A stretch of 64,000 bases of DNA, taken from an uncultured Methylomirabilota bacterium (GTDB lineage: Bacteria > Methylomirabilota > Methylomirabilia > Methylomirabilales > 2-02-FULL-66-22). The stretch is from the NCBI GenBank assembly GCA_963845565.1, contig CAWJSJ010000002.1, positions 352,001 through 416,000 of the forward strand. The letters run 5' to 3'. Positions 20,061 through 29,812 of the stretch are shown here, piece after piece. The position numbers and the translations under genes are program-made. How positions within the stretch are numbered: the stretch's first letter is position 1; every line of letters starts with the position of its first letter. The notes beneath the pieces are model-generated. The model ran no database searches and was not told the DNA's origin. It saw only the letters and a list, made by a program, of their open reading frames with translations.

Positions 20061-21221
20061 TCAGGCCTGGCCGGCGTAGCTGAGGGCGGTGAGCACGTAC
20101 ACCTTGGCGGCTCGCACGAGTTCGGCGATGGGGACCGACTCCAGGTCGGCGTGGGCGCCCTGGCCACCGGGGCCGTGGTAGATCGCGGGAACCCTTCCTT
20201 CCTTGATGAAGATGGCGGCGTCACCAACCATCCGGCTGCCCACGAGGGGGAGCTCGCGTCCGGTCACCTCGGTGTACGCACGGCGCAGGGCGACGACCAG
20301 CGGCTCGTCCTCCGCCACGCGGAACCCGTCCCGCACCGGGATGAGATTCAACGCCACCTGCGCTCCGGTCTCCCGCTCGACCTGTGTGGCCATAGCCTGG
20401 AGCTCTGCCAGAACGTTGGCGTATGAATTCTCGGGTCCGTAGCGCCGCGTCCCGACCAGTCGGCAGGCGTTGGTCCACCGATTGAAGAAGTCTCCGCCCT
20501 GCAGGATGCCGACGAAGAACGATTCGTGGCCGACGTAGGGGATCTTGACGTGTGCGAGCTGGTTGTGCCGCGCCTGCATCAGATTCACCAGGCGGACGGC
20601 GGCCAGGATCGGGTGCGGCGTGTCGGGCGGCGTCAGCAGCTCGTGACTGGACTCGCCGGGTCTTGTGATCGTGAAATCGAACGCGGCCTGACCGAGCCCC
20701 ACGACGGGCAGCGTGTCGGACGCCAGCTCCGTGATGATCACGGCGTCGCCTTTGATTCCCCGGCGGACTAGGTCCGACAGGTCCTCGCCATGCCCATCCG
20801 GCGCCTCGTGCAGGCCGTGCGCGACCAGGAGGAGGTCGCCCTTGAGCCGCACACCCGATTCCACGATGACGTGCGCCGCCTCGGCCATGGCGGCCAGGCC
20901 GCCCTTCATGTCGGCGCTGCCCCGCCCGTAGATCCGCCCGTCCTTGACGTACGGGGCCGGATGATCCACCGGCACCGTGTCCAGGTGGCCGTTGAATTCC
21001 AATGTCGGCCCCGCGCCGGCGCCCCGCAGGCGCGCCACCACGCACGGATCATTCGGGAAGTCCCGGAGCACCTCCACCGCTAAACCGATCCCCTCCAGGT
21101 GCCGCGCGTACGCCGCCGCAACTTCCCGCGTGTCCCCCGTGTAGGACCGGATCCGGACCAGGTCCAGCGTCGCCTGCTGAAGCCGTTCCGCGTCAACACG
21201 CCCGAGCAGATCTTCCCACAT
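20061..21221 (-). CDS. M20 family metallopeptidase/deacetylase (ArgE/DapE-like)
   Basis: FNGHLDTVP, GRGSADMKGG, GAHAD. Confidence 0.88.
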   Translation of the reverse strand: MWEDLLGRVDAERLQQATLDLVRIRSYTGDTREVAAAYARHLEGIGLAVEVLRDFPNDPCVVARLRGAGAGPTLEFNGHLDTVPVDHPAPYVKDGRIYGRGSADMKGGLAAMAEAAHVIVESGVRLKGDLLLVAHGLHEAPDGHGEDLSDLVRRGIKGDAVIITELASDTLPVVGLGQAAFDFTITRPGESSHELLTPPDTPHPILAAVRLVNLMQARHNQLAHVKIPYVGHESFFVGILQGGDFFNRWTNACRLVGTRRYGPENSYANVLAELQAMATQVERETGAQVALNLIPVRDGFRVAEDEPLVVALRRAYTEVTGRELPLVGSRMVGDAAIFIKEGRVPAIYHGPGGQGAHADLESVPIAELVRAAKVYVLTALSYAGQA

Positions 21222-21383
21222 ATGGTACCCTCTCGCCCGCTTCTCGACAGCGGAATCCGTCAGCGACGGCGGCCGGATCCCTTGCGGTCGGATCTCTCTG
21301 TCGCCGTCTCCGCCGTTCTGTTCGCTGCCAGCTGCCCGCTGCTCTTCGCTGTCCCTGTCGCTATCCCTGTCGTCTCGCGCGCG

Positions 21384-22265
21384 TCACCACCGGGACTTGA
21401 GCAGCGCCTCCACGTCCGCGGGGCTTCCTCGCCACGGCCCAGGCTGTTCTTGCTTGAGCGTCGTGACCGCGCCCGCCCAGCGGCAGGCCTCCTCGGGCGA
21501 GCTGCCCAGGCGCTTGGCCACGTAGGTGCCGAAGCAGGTATCGCCGCGCCCCGTCCGTCCGCTGAGGTTCCGCGGCGTGAACGGCGCCTGGTAGATCTTG
21601 CCCTCCGAGTACACGGTCACGCCCGATGACTGGGTGAGGACGATCTCGCGCGGCCCGCAGGCCGCGAGCGTCTGCGCCGCCTTGACGAGGTCGGTCTCGC
21701 CGGTGAGCAGCTCGGCCTCGGCTCGGTCCACCTTGAGGTAGGTGATGTGCGCGAGCCCCTCGTGCATGTCGGGCCACTGCTTGAAGACCAGCTCGTTCCC
21801 TTCGCGGACCCGCACGAAACCCTGCACGTCCATCCCGACGGGACCGCGCGCCGCGATCTGCTTGAGGAGCGCGAGATCCACCTCCCCCGCGATCAGGGGC
21901 ACGATCAGCGTGACCTTGGCCGGGACGTGCGGGATATCCTGGGCCCGGAACGCGCCGGCAAACGCCAGCGGCCGGCAGATCCGCCGCTCCATGTCGGCCG
22001 AATTGTAGATGTTCTCGATCCCAGTGGTGGCCGGGGCCGGCGTGGCGAAGATCTCGACCCCCTCATCCCGCAGCTCATCCAGCCGCGGGAAATCTTCCGG
22101 GTGCAGCCGGGTCGCGACGGCCACGCGGGCGCCCAGCCGGCGCACGGCCACGCCGCCGTAGAACACCGCCCCTCCGGAGGCAGACTCGCCCTTCCCGTCT
22201 ACCACCAGCCGGTCCTTGGCGAAATGCCCGATCATCAAGATGTCGAAGTCCGTCCGTGTTGCCAT
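21384..22265 (-). CDS. PfkB family carbohydrate kinase
   Basis: GGAVFYGG, DVQG, RTGRGDT anion-hole motif (3' part of ORF 21384..23975). Confidence 0.82.
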   Translation of the reverse strand: MATRTDFDILMIGHFAKDRLVVDGKGESASGGAVFYGGVAVRRLGARVAVATRLHPEDFPRLDELRDEGVEIFATPAPATTGIENIYNSADMERRICRPLAFAGAFRAQDIPHVPAKVTLIVPLIAGEVDLALLKQIAARGPVGMDVQGFVRVREGNELVFKQWPDMHEGLAHITYLKVDRAEAELLTGETDLVKAAQTLAACGPREIVLTQSSGVTVYSEGKIYQAPFTPRNLSGRTGRGDTCFGTYVAKRLGSSPEEACRWAGAVTTLKQEQPGPWRGSPADVEALLKSRW

Positions 22266-22306
22266 CGGTCCATGACCTCCTGCGGGAGATGACGGGTTGC
22301 GCCGTC

Positions 22307-23131
22307 TCAGCGGTGCAGCTCCTCCGTCGGTGTCGTGATCGCTGTGTAGGCATCCGGCCGTCGATCCCGCGCCAGGAGGAACCGCCGGCGCGCCTGGATG
22401 ACGGCCTCTTGATCGATGTCCGCGCTGATGATCTGCTCGTCGGTTCCGCTGGCCTGCACCAGGATCTTCCCGAGCGGGTCGATGATCATACTCTTGCCCG
22501 ACATCACCCAGTCTCCCTCCTGCCCCACGTGATTGCAGGCGGCCAGATACACGCCGTTCTCCAGCGCTCGTGTGGTCAGGAAATTCTCCCACGGATCGGC
22601 CACCGGGGTGGCATACGGCGCGATGACCAGCTCCGCACCGTGGAGCATCAGGCAGCGGCAGGACTCCGGGAACAGGTTGTCGTAGCAGATGGAGATGCCC
22701 ACCGTCCACTCGCCGACCGGGAACACCGGAAAGGACGAACCGCCCCGGAAGTAGATCTTCTCCAGGCTGAGATGCGCCGCCGGGTGCACCTTCCGGTACT
22801 TGCCGACGATCCGACCCTCCGGGTTGATCAGCATCGCCGTGTCGTAGTGGAAGCCGGGGCGGGCCACCTCGAAGATCGTCGAGACGATGTGGATCCCGTG
22901 CTCTCGCGCCTTCGCCTTCATCCGGGTCTGGGTGTACCCATCCTCGGTCTCGGCGTAGTCCAGGTAGCGATAGTCCCGGAACTGCGGAAAGTACTCGACG
23001 TTGAAGAACTCCGGCAGGACGACGATATCGGGGCGTCGACGGGCCGCCTCGTCGATGAGGGCGCAGGCCCGCTCGACGTTCTCGTCCCGGGACGCCGTCC
23101 GGCTGTGCATCTGGATCAGGTCGAGCCGCAT
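22307..23131 (-). CDS. Carbon-nitrogen hydrolase (nitrilase/amidase) family
   Basis: E-K-C triad: LPEF, YRKVH, ICYD. Confidence 0.9.
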   Translation of the reverse strand: MRLDLIQMHSRTASRDENVERACALIDEAARRRPDIVVLPEFFNVEYFPQFRDYRYLDYAETEDGYTQTRMKAKAREHGIHIVSTIFEVARPGFHYDTAMLINPEGRIVGKYRKVHPAAHLSLEKIYFRGGSSFPVFPVGEWTVGISICYDNLFPESCRCLMLHGAELVIAPYATPVADPWENFLTTRALENGVYLAACNHVGQEGDWVMSGKSMIIDPLGKILVQASGTDEQIISADIDQEAVIQARRRFLLARDRRPDAYTAITTPTEELHR

Positions 23132-23167
23132 GATCGCGCTCCTCTCGCGGGGCCGGAGGGTCACGCC

Positions 23168-23902
23168 CTACCGAACGGTGGGCAGCGTGTCCTGCCCTTT
23201 CCATGCCACATCGATGGCGGCGCCGTTGATGGCGGCCGAGTCGTCGCAGGACAGGTACAGAATGATCTCGGCCACCTCGTCCGGCTGAGTGAGCGTCCGC
23301 GGGTCCTCGTTCGGGTAGTTCCGTGCCCGGAGCGGCGTCGCCACCGGGCCGGGGCAGATGGCGTTCACCCGGATCCCCTGCGACTTCAGCTCCAGCGCCA
23401 GGGACGAGGTGAAGCCGATCACCGCGTGCTTGGAGGCCGCATACGCGGCCCGCATGGCGCTGCCTTCCTTGCCCAACCGCGACGCAACGTTGACGATGGT
23501 GCCGGACCGGCGCTGCAGGAAATGCGGAAGAAGCGCCCGGGTCAACAGGAACATACCGCGGACATTGACCCCGAAGTTGAGATCCCAGCTCTCGGTGGGG
23601 AGCGTCGCCACCGCACCGTGGATCGCGACACCGGCAGAGTGCACGAGGACGTCCACCCGGCCCATCGCGTCGAGCGCCGCCTTCGCCAGCGCGGCGACCT
23701 GGGCCTCGTCGCACAGATCGGCCGGCACCGGGAGGGCCGCGCGACCCAGGGCGCGCACCTCGACTGCCACCGCCTCGATCTCTTCCCGAACCTCCGACGC
23801 GAGAACCAGGTTCGCCCCCTCCCGCGCAAACCGGAGAGCCGTGGCGCGCCCGATGCCCCGCCCCGCCCCGGTGATCAGGGCAATCTTCCCTTTCAGCCTC
23901 AT
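23168..23902 (-). CDS. SDR family oxidoreductase
   Basis: TGAGRGIG, YAASK, ICPG. Confidence 0.9.
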   Translation of the reverse strand: MRLKGKIALITGAGRGIGRATALRFAREGANLVLASEVREEIEAVAVEVRALGRAALPVPADLCDEAQVAALAKAALDAMGRVDVLVHSAGVAIHGAVATLPTESWDLNFGVNVRGMFLLTRALLPHFLQRRSGTIVNVASRLGKEGSAMRAAYAASKHAVIGFTSSLALELKSQGIRVNAICPGPVATPLRARNYPNEDPRTLTQPDEVAEIILYLSCDDSAAINGAAIDVAWKGQDTLPTVR

Positions 23903-23965
23903 GAGGGACCCCACCTCCCGACAGCATGGTGCGCGACAGGCCGGCCGGACCCGGCGGGCGGGACG

Positions 23966-23994
23966 GTTCTACCACCTTGGAAAGGGACGGTCAA
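23966..23994 (-). promoter_or_regulatory. Putative sigma70 promoter of the SDR-nitrilase-pfkB unit
   Basis: TTGACC-N17-TAGAAC with TG extension. Confidence 0.45.
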
Positions 23995-24023
23995 GGAGCG
24001 GCCAGGGTGAGCGGGGCAACCCG

Positions 24024-24788
24024 TTATGCGCGCAACTCCTTGATGGCGGCGGCGCCTCCGGCCATCATCAGGCCGAAATCGTAGTTGTACATCAAGAGGC
24101 GCATCCCCCGGTCCCGCCAGGCTTTCAGCATGTCCAGGTCGCCTACGTGGGTGCCCGAGGGGAGTCCGCGCCTCTTGGCAGCGTCGGCCACCCGCTGGAT
24201 GTACTCCGTCACCTGTGGGTGCGCGATGTCCATCGTGCCGAGCGACACGGAAAGGTCCGCCGGCCCCATCAGCGCCGCATCCACGCCGGGGACCGCCAGG
24301 ATGGCATCGATGTCCTCGACCGCCTCACGGGTCTCGATCTGGACGATCACCATGGTCTCCGCGTTGGCCCAGGTACCGTATTCGCCGATGGTCATCCCGC
24401 GGTAGTCGGTGTTGGTCCGCGCGTTCATCATTCCCCTTTCGCCCATGGGCGGATACTTCGCGGCCGCCACGATCTGCTCCACCTGGGCGCGCGTCTTGAT
24501 GCGAGGCACCATCACGCCCAGCGCGCCCGCGTCCAACGTCCGCGCGATGAAGGGGTACGAGAAATCCGGCACGCGGACCAGCGGGGTGATGCCCTCCAGC
24601 CGCGCCATCTGCATCATGTCGGAGACGGTTTCGAGGCTGTACGAGCCGTGCTCCGTATCCAGGATGAAGTAATCGAAGCCTGCAACGGCCAGCGCCCGCG
24701 CGATGGCGGGCGTGCGGGTGTCGCAGATCATCGTGCCGATCGCGGTGCCGCCCGATTGCAGCAGCCGCTTGAGCTTGTTCTCGATCAT
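24024..24788 (-). CDS. HpcH/HpaI aldolase family
   Basis: DTEH, LVRVP, LDAGA, QIET, GPADL. Confidence 0.9.
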   Translation of the reverse strand: MIENKLKRLLQSGGTAIGTMICDTRTPAIARALAVAGFDYFILDTEHGSYSLETVSDMMQMARLEGITPLVRVPDFSYPFIARTLDAGALGVMVPRIKTRAQVEQIVAAAKYPPMGERGMMNARTNTDYRGMTIGEYGTWANAETMVIVQIETREAVEDIDAILAVPGVDAALMGPADLSVSLGTMDIAHPQVTEYIQRVADAAKRRGLPSGTHVGDLDMLKAWRDRGMRLLMYNYDFGLMMAGGAAAIKELRA

Positions 24789-25155
24789 GGACGTGTTCCT
24801 CTCTGTGTGTGGCGGCGCGCGTGACCGGTGCGATTCTTCGCCTCGCACGCGGACGACGCCGTGGGTCGGGCCGTCGAACGGCGGGAATCCCGATGGTGCC
24901 GAGGGCATTATAGGCTGGCGCTTCGCGCTGGCCAAGCCGCGCGCCGACATTGGTCCCAAGAACAGGACAGCCGGCACGAAACGGTTGCAGAAACCGGGAG
25001 AAGCCAGTAGCCTGGGTGTACTCCAGCTTTCACAAGCAGGGGATCGGCGGGTCTCCGCGGCGAAGAGGCGGGTCTTTTCGCCGCGTCGTTGTGTCACGTC
25101 CCGTCAGACTCGTGGCAAGGCTCGGCACGCGGACGATTAGACAGGGGAGGCAGGC

Positions 25156-26316
25156 ATGCGCGTCGCGAAGCGGCTGGACCAGTTCAAGGCCTACTTGGGC
25201 ACGGAAATGAACGTGCGTCTCACCCGAATGCGCGAGGAAGGGCGGGACGTCATTAATCTGGGACTCGGAGATCCGGACGTCACACCGCCACCGCACCTCT
25301 TGGGCGCGCTTCGGGATGCGGTGAGTTCTCCGGACAATCACCACTATCCGAGCTTCTATTCGAACAGGCCGCTCAAGGAAGCGATCGCCGGCTGGTACCA
25401 GCGGCGGTTCGGGGTCACGGTGGACCCGGCCACGGAGGTGATTCCGCTCCTGGGGTCCAGTGAGGGCCTGTTTGTCATTCATCTCTGCCTCCTGGATCCG
25501 GGCGATACGGCGCTGGTCCCCGATCCGTCCTATCCGTCCTACGCGGCGGGGGTCAAGATCGCCGGTGGGCAGGTCGAGGCGGTGCCCCTGCTCCGGAAAA
25601 ACGGCTTCCTCCCCGACCTGGCATCGATTCCGTCCGACCTCGCCAAGCGGGCGAAGATGATCTGGGTGAACTATCCGAACAACCCGACCGCCGCCGTGGC
25701 GACGCCGGAGTTCTACCGGGCGCTGGTCGAGTGGGCCCGGGTGCACGAGGTGATCGTCGTTCACGATAATCCGTACTCGGAGGTGGCCTTCGACGGCTAC
25801 CAGGCCCCCAGCTTCCTTCAGTTCCCCGGGGCCAAAGAGGTGGGGGTGGAGTTTCACTCCCTCTCCAAGAGTTACAACTGCTGCGGGTGGCGCACCGGCA
25901 TGCTGGTGGGAAACAAGGACGTGGTCGCCGGCATGGCGAAGGTCAAGTCCCACTCCGACCGGGGCATGTATTACCCGCTGCAAGCCGCCTCCACGGCAGC
26001 CCTGAACGGGCCCGTGGATTTCATGGCCACGCGCAACGGGACCTTCAAGGAGCGGCGGGATGTCGTCGTGCAGGGCCTGCGGGCGGTCGGCCTGGACGTG
26101 GACCTACCCAAGGCCACTTTCTACGTCTGGGCCCCCGTCCCGGAGGGGTTCACCTCGCAGGACTTCTGCTTCAAGGTCCTGGACGCCATCAACGTCTGGA
26201 TGATTCCGGGCTCCATGTATGGAGCGCACGGCGAGGGATACTTCCGGATTGCGCTGACGCATCCGGCCGCCCGACTTGCTGAAGCAATGAAGAGACTGAA
26301 AGAGTTTATGGGCTGA
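25156..26316 (+). CDS. Class I/II PLP aminotransferase (LL-DAP aminotransferase-like)
   Basis: LGLGDPD, NYPNNPT, DNPYSE, SLSKSY...GWR. Confidence 0.88.
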   Translation: MRVAKRLDQFKAYLGTEMNVRLTRMREEGRDVINLGLGDPDVTPPPHLLGALRDAVSSPDNHHYPSFYSNRPLKEAIAGWYQRRFGVTVDPATEVIPLLGSSEGLFVIHLCLLDPGDTALVPDPSYPSYAAGVKIAGGQVEAVPLLRKNGFLPDLASIPSDLAKRAKMIWVNYPNNPTAAVATPEFYRALVEWARVHEVIVVHDNPYSEVAFDGYQAPSFLQFPGAKEVGVEFHSLSKSYNCCGWRTGMLVGNKDVVAGMAKVKSHSDRGMYYPLQAASTAALNGPVDFMATRNGTFKERRDVVVQGLRAVGLDVDLPKATFYVWAPVPEGFTSQDFCFKVLDAINVWMIPGSMYGAHGEGYFRIALTHPAARLAEAMKRLKEFMG

Positions 26317-26375
26317 GGACGCCTCGCGGGGAGGCGGCGGGTCTTCACGGTACGCTCATCGAGCGGGAGGGAAAA

Positions 26376-26783
26376 ATGGTTCAGATCGATGTCACATATC
26401 AGGGCGGGCTTCGCTGCCAGGCGGTGCATGGGCCGAGCGGGATGAAACTCGTGACCGATGCACCAGTGGACAACCACGGGAAGGGCGAGAGCTTCTCTCC
26501 CACCGACCTGGTCGCGACGGCGCTGGGCGCCTGCATCCCCACCATCATGGGGATCGTGGCGGAGCGGGAGAAGATCGACTTCACCGGTATGCGGATCACG
26601 GTCCAGAAGGAGATGTCGGCCGAGCCGCCCCGGCGGATCGCCCGGCTCGCCACCCGGATCGTGATGCCCAAGGGGCTGACCGACCAGCAGAAGATCAAGC
26701 TGGAGAAGGCCGCGCTCACCTGCCCCGTCCATCAGACACTGCACGGCAACGTCGAGCTGCCGATCGAGTTCGTGTACCCGTAG
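26376..26783 (+). CDS. OsmC family protein
   Basis: TDAPVDNHGKG, SPTDL, GAC, CPVH. Confidence 0.9.
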   Translation: MVQIDVTYQGGLRCQAVHGPSGMKLVTDAPVDNHGKGESFSPTDLVATALGACIPTIMGIVAEREKIDFTGMRITVQKEMSAEPPRRIARLATRIVMPKGLTDQQKIKLEKAALTCPVHQTLHGNVELPIEFVYP

Positions 26784-26796
26784 GACGTCCCAAATA

Positions 26797-26839
26797 CGCC
26801 CTGCTGCGCCTCCGGTTCGCGCCGAGGCGCAGCAGGGCG
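26797..26839. terminator. 16-bp perfect-stem hairpin between convergent genes
   Basis: CGCCCTGCTGCGCCTC-N11-GAGGCGCAGCAGGGCG; no clear U-tract. Confidence 0.5.
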
Positions 26840-27075
26840 CCAATCATCCTTCCGGCCACACCGCTCAGTTCATTCGAGTCGCCCTGCCGCGGAAGAGTTT
26901 TTTGACCGCAGACGCGACCAGGGGGGGCGTTTCCCGCCAAGCTACTGAAACCCCGGGAGTTGCGCGCGATGTCCGATACGGCCAGGACATGCCCCTCGTA
27001 TGAATATGAAGACGAATCGACGCGGCTGCTCGCCTCGAGGCCTCATCGGGGCCGGCGAGCTGTTCGACGGCCCGC

Positions 27076-29049
27076 TTAGCGGTAGATGTCCCCCTCCCGA
27101 AACGCCGCCCAGGCGGTCTCGAACCAGGTATCTGTCGTAGGCAGTGCGCGTCGCGGAATCCAGGTGCTCGTCACCGTCCCGTCGGGCGTCGCCACGGTTT
27201 CCAGGACCCGCTCGCGAAAACCGGGACTGGGCGGCGCGAATCTCCACTCCGGACCGAGCCTGTCGTGGGTTGGTGTTCCGCCGGCGTCCAGGACCATGGA
27301 GGAGCCGCGACTCCCCGCCCCGCTCTTCACGGCAAACTGGATAGCCTCCAGATACACCAGATGGGCAAAGCAAAGCTGCCGGGTGGTCCAGGCCTCCCGG
27401 CGCTCCGCGGGGGTCGCCTGGCAGCCGGAGGATTCCAAGCGCTGCCATTGCGCGCGTGCCTCGGCCACGGCCTGGCCGATATCTGCCGCCGATCGGATGT
27501 GTGCCCCCGCACGCGTCATCCGGCGCTGCAACTCTTCGCGCTCCTCGCGCCAGCTCCGCCGGGCGCGGCGTAGCGCACTCCACCGCAGCGCGGTCCTGGC
27601 GGCGGCTTCCGCCGCCCGCGCGAATGCCTCGGCATCGAGACTCTTGGCCGCGTACCGCCGGGCGATGTACTCCGCGGCGCGGAAGCCGCCCACCTGTCCG
27701 GAGTTCAGCGCGGACCCGCCTGGGCGATAGATCCCGTGCGACCCGTTCACCTCGCCTACCGGGAAGAGGTGGCGGAGGTTCGCGGATTCCCACCAGTGGT
27801 TGGCCGCCAGACCCCCGTTGTTGTGCTGGGCGCAGACGGCAATCTCCAGCGGTTCCCGGGCGAGGTCGATGCCGTGCTCCCGATACAGGGCGATGGCGGC
27901 CGGATTCATGGCCTCCAGCCGGGCGAACGGCGTCCCGTGGAGCGCGTGCGATTTGGTCAGGTACGTGCGCGCCTCTTCACTGAGGCCCGAGACCGAGAAG
28001 CCGACCGGGTTCTCGCGGTAGTCGAGGAAGACCCGCCTTCCCTTGATCACGGTCTCGATGTACACCAGGATGTCGACCAGCGACGATCCGCCGGCGATCT
28101 TCCGGGAATCGAAGGGCCACTGATAACCCTTCAGGAACACCATGGAATGCATCGCCCCAGGAGAGGAGAAGTACTCACCCAGAAACTCGCGGGGGTCACT
28201 TGCGCCGTCCGCCGCGGTGCTCAAGAAGCGGGGCACGACCTGCATGTACGTCCCCGAGACGTTCCAGCGGAACCCGATCGATGCCAGCCCGTACTGGGAT
28301 TCCGGCAGATTCTGCGCGTGGGCACCGGCCAGCAATGCGACCCCGACCCCGCCGGAGTGCACCTCCGGATAGACGCTGGTCCGGTACAATCCGCCGGGGC
28401 CGCCGGTGGCGTACACCACGTTCTCCGCCTCGTACGCCTCCATGCGCCCGCGCAGGTCGAGCGCCAGCGCCCCCGCCGCCCGGCGCGTACCGGCTTCGTC
28501 CACGGTGACCAGCGCGATGGCGACTCGGCCCTCATGCACCGGGATGTCGAGACGCCGCACCTCGCGGATCAACGCGCGACACATCTCGCGGGAGGTGTAG
28601 GGCCCGATGGACGTGGCCCGCTGCCGAGGGTCGTGATCCGTCTTGTACCCCACGAACTGCCCATAGGCGTCGGTGGGGAACGGAACTCCCAGGGTGACCA
28701 GATGCAGGAACGCGCGGGCGGACAGGCTGGCCTCGACCAGGGCCAAATCACCGTGCATGCTGCCCCCGGAAAAGTAGGTCTCCGCCATGGTGCGCGGGGA
28801 GTCCACGTCGTCGCCGCACATGGCCAACTTGTAGTAGGTCTGCTTGTCGCTCCCGGTGTTGATCGAGGTCCCCTTGTCGAGCCCCTCGGTCAGGATCAGG
28901 ACGTCTTCGATCCCCTGGCGACGCAGTTGCACGGCGGCGTTGAGACCGGCGGCCCCGCTGCCGATCACCAGCGTGTGGACGCGAAACCGGGGTAGGGTCT
29001 TGGTGCCCCCACCAGCATCCGCCGACACCGCTAGCGTTGTTCTTTCCAT
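27076..29049 (-). CDS. FAD-binding oxidoreductase (SdhA/FrdA/NadB superfamily, stand-alone)
   Basis: VIGSGAAG, ATGG, QHNNGG, PVGE..G.HG..RPGGSAL. Confidence 0.8.
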   Translation of the reverse strand: MERTTLAVSADAGGGTKTLPRFRVHTLVIGSGAAGLNAAVQLRRQGIEDVLILTEGLDKGTSINTGSDKQTYYKLAMCGDDVDSPRTMAETYFSGGSMHGDLALVEASLSARAFLHLVTLGVPFPTDAYGQFVGYKTDHDPRQRATSIGPYTSREMCRALIREVRRLDIPVHEGRVAIALVTVDEAGTRRAAGALALDLRGRMEAYEAENVVYATGGPGGLYRTSVYPEVHSGGVGVALLAGAHAQNLPESQYGLASIGFRWNVSGTYMQVVPRFLSTAADGASDPREFLGEYFSSPGAMHSMVFLKGYQWPFDSRKIAGGSSLVDILVYIETVIKGRRVFLDYRENPVGFSVSGLSEEARTYLTKSHALHGTPFARLEAMNPAAIALYREHGIDLAREPLEIAVCAQHNNGGLAANHWWESANLRHLFPVGEVNGSHGIYRPGGSALNSGQVGGFRAAEYIARRYAAKSLDAEAFARAAEAAARTALRWSALRRARRSWREEREELQRRMTRAGAHIRSAADIGQAVAEARAQWQRLESSGCQATPAERREAWTTRQLCFAHLVYLEAIQFAVKSGAGSRGSSMVLDAGGTPTHDRLGPEWRFAPPSPGFRERVLETVATPDGTVTSTWIPRRALPTTDTWFETAWAAFREGDIYR

Positions 29050-29300
29050 CGCGCACATCCTTCTGGGGACCACCTGGGTCGCTGGGCCAAGACCGGTAAC
29101 CGGAGCGGACGCCGCACCCCCGCAGGGCGCCGAGGCGCCGCGAGGTCCTCAAGGGCCAGGGAAGAATCGCGCACATCGGAGCGGCTGTCAAGGGTGCGTC
29201 CGGATATTGAATGGATCTCGGAGCCTTCCGGCCGCAAGTATCCCTTGACTTCGATCACGGAAATCGCATATGTACATGGCATTCAAACCGAGGTAGAAAC

Positions 29301-29729
29301 GTGATCTCGAAAACCGGTACGCATGCCTTGACCGCCCTCGCCGCGCTGGCTAAACTCGCAAACGGGAACTACGCCGGGACCGGTGACGTCGCGCGCGCCA
29401 TCGGCGCCCCGCGCAATTATCTGGGGAAGCTTCTGAAAGCGCTGAGCGACCAGGGACTGGTCGAATCCCAGAAGGGCAAGGGCGGCGGCTTTCGACTGGC
29501 GCGGGACCCCACCACCATCACGCTCCTGGACGTCATGGAGCCCGTCGGGCGCGTCAACCGCTGGACCGGGTGTTTTTTGGGGCAGGTGCGCTGCTCGGAC
29601 GATGTCCCCTGCTCGGTGCACGCGCGCTGGAGCGTGACGCGCGAGGCCTATTTTCATTTCCTCAAGAGCACAACCGTGGCCGATCTGGTCACGCAGGTTA
29701 TTCCGAACTCCTATCCCCTAGAGCCGTAA
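29301..29729 (+). CDS. Rrf2 family transcriptional regulator with Fe-S ligand motif
   Basis: YLGKLL, SQKGKGGGF, C-X6-C-X5-C-X2-H. Confidence 0.9.
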   Translation: MISKTGTHALTALAALAKLANGNYAGTGDVARAIGAPRNYLGKLLKALSDQGLVESQKGKGGGFRLARDPTTITLLDVMEPVGRVNRWTGCFLGQVRCSDDVPCSVHARWSVTREAYFHFLKSTTVADLVTQVIPNSYPLEP

Positions 29730-29812
29730 CCGATCCAGGAGAGGATCTGGTTTTCCAACCCATTAAACACGATACCGGCATGCGCTTACAGTATTTCAAA
29801 GGAGGGGCGCCC

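Noticed and set aside
21384..23975. 863-aa ORF as one protein
   Set aside because: Only the 3' part (PfkB) is protein-like; the rest is an alternate frame over the nitrilase and SDR genes.
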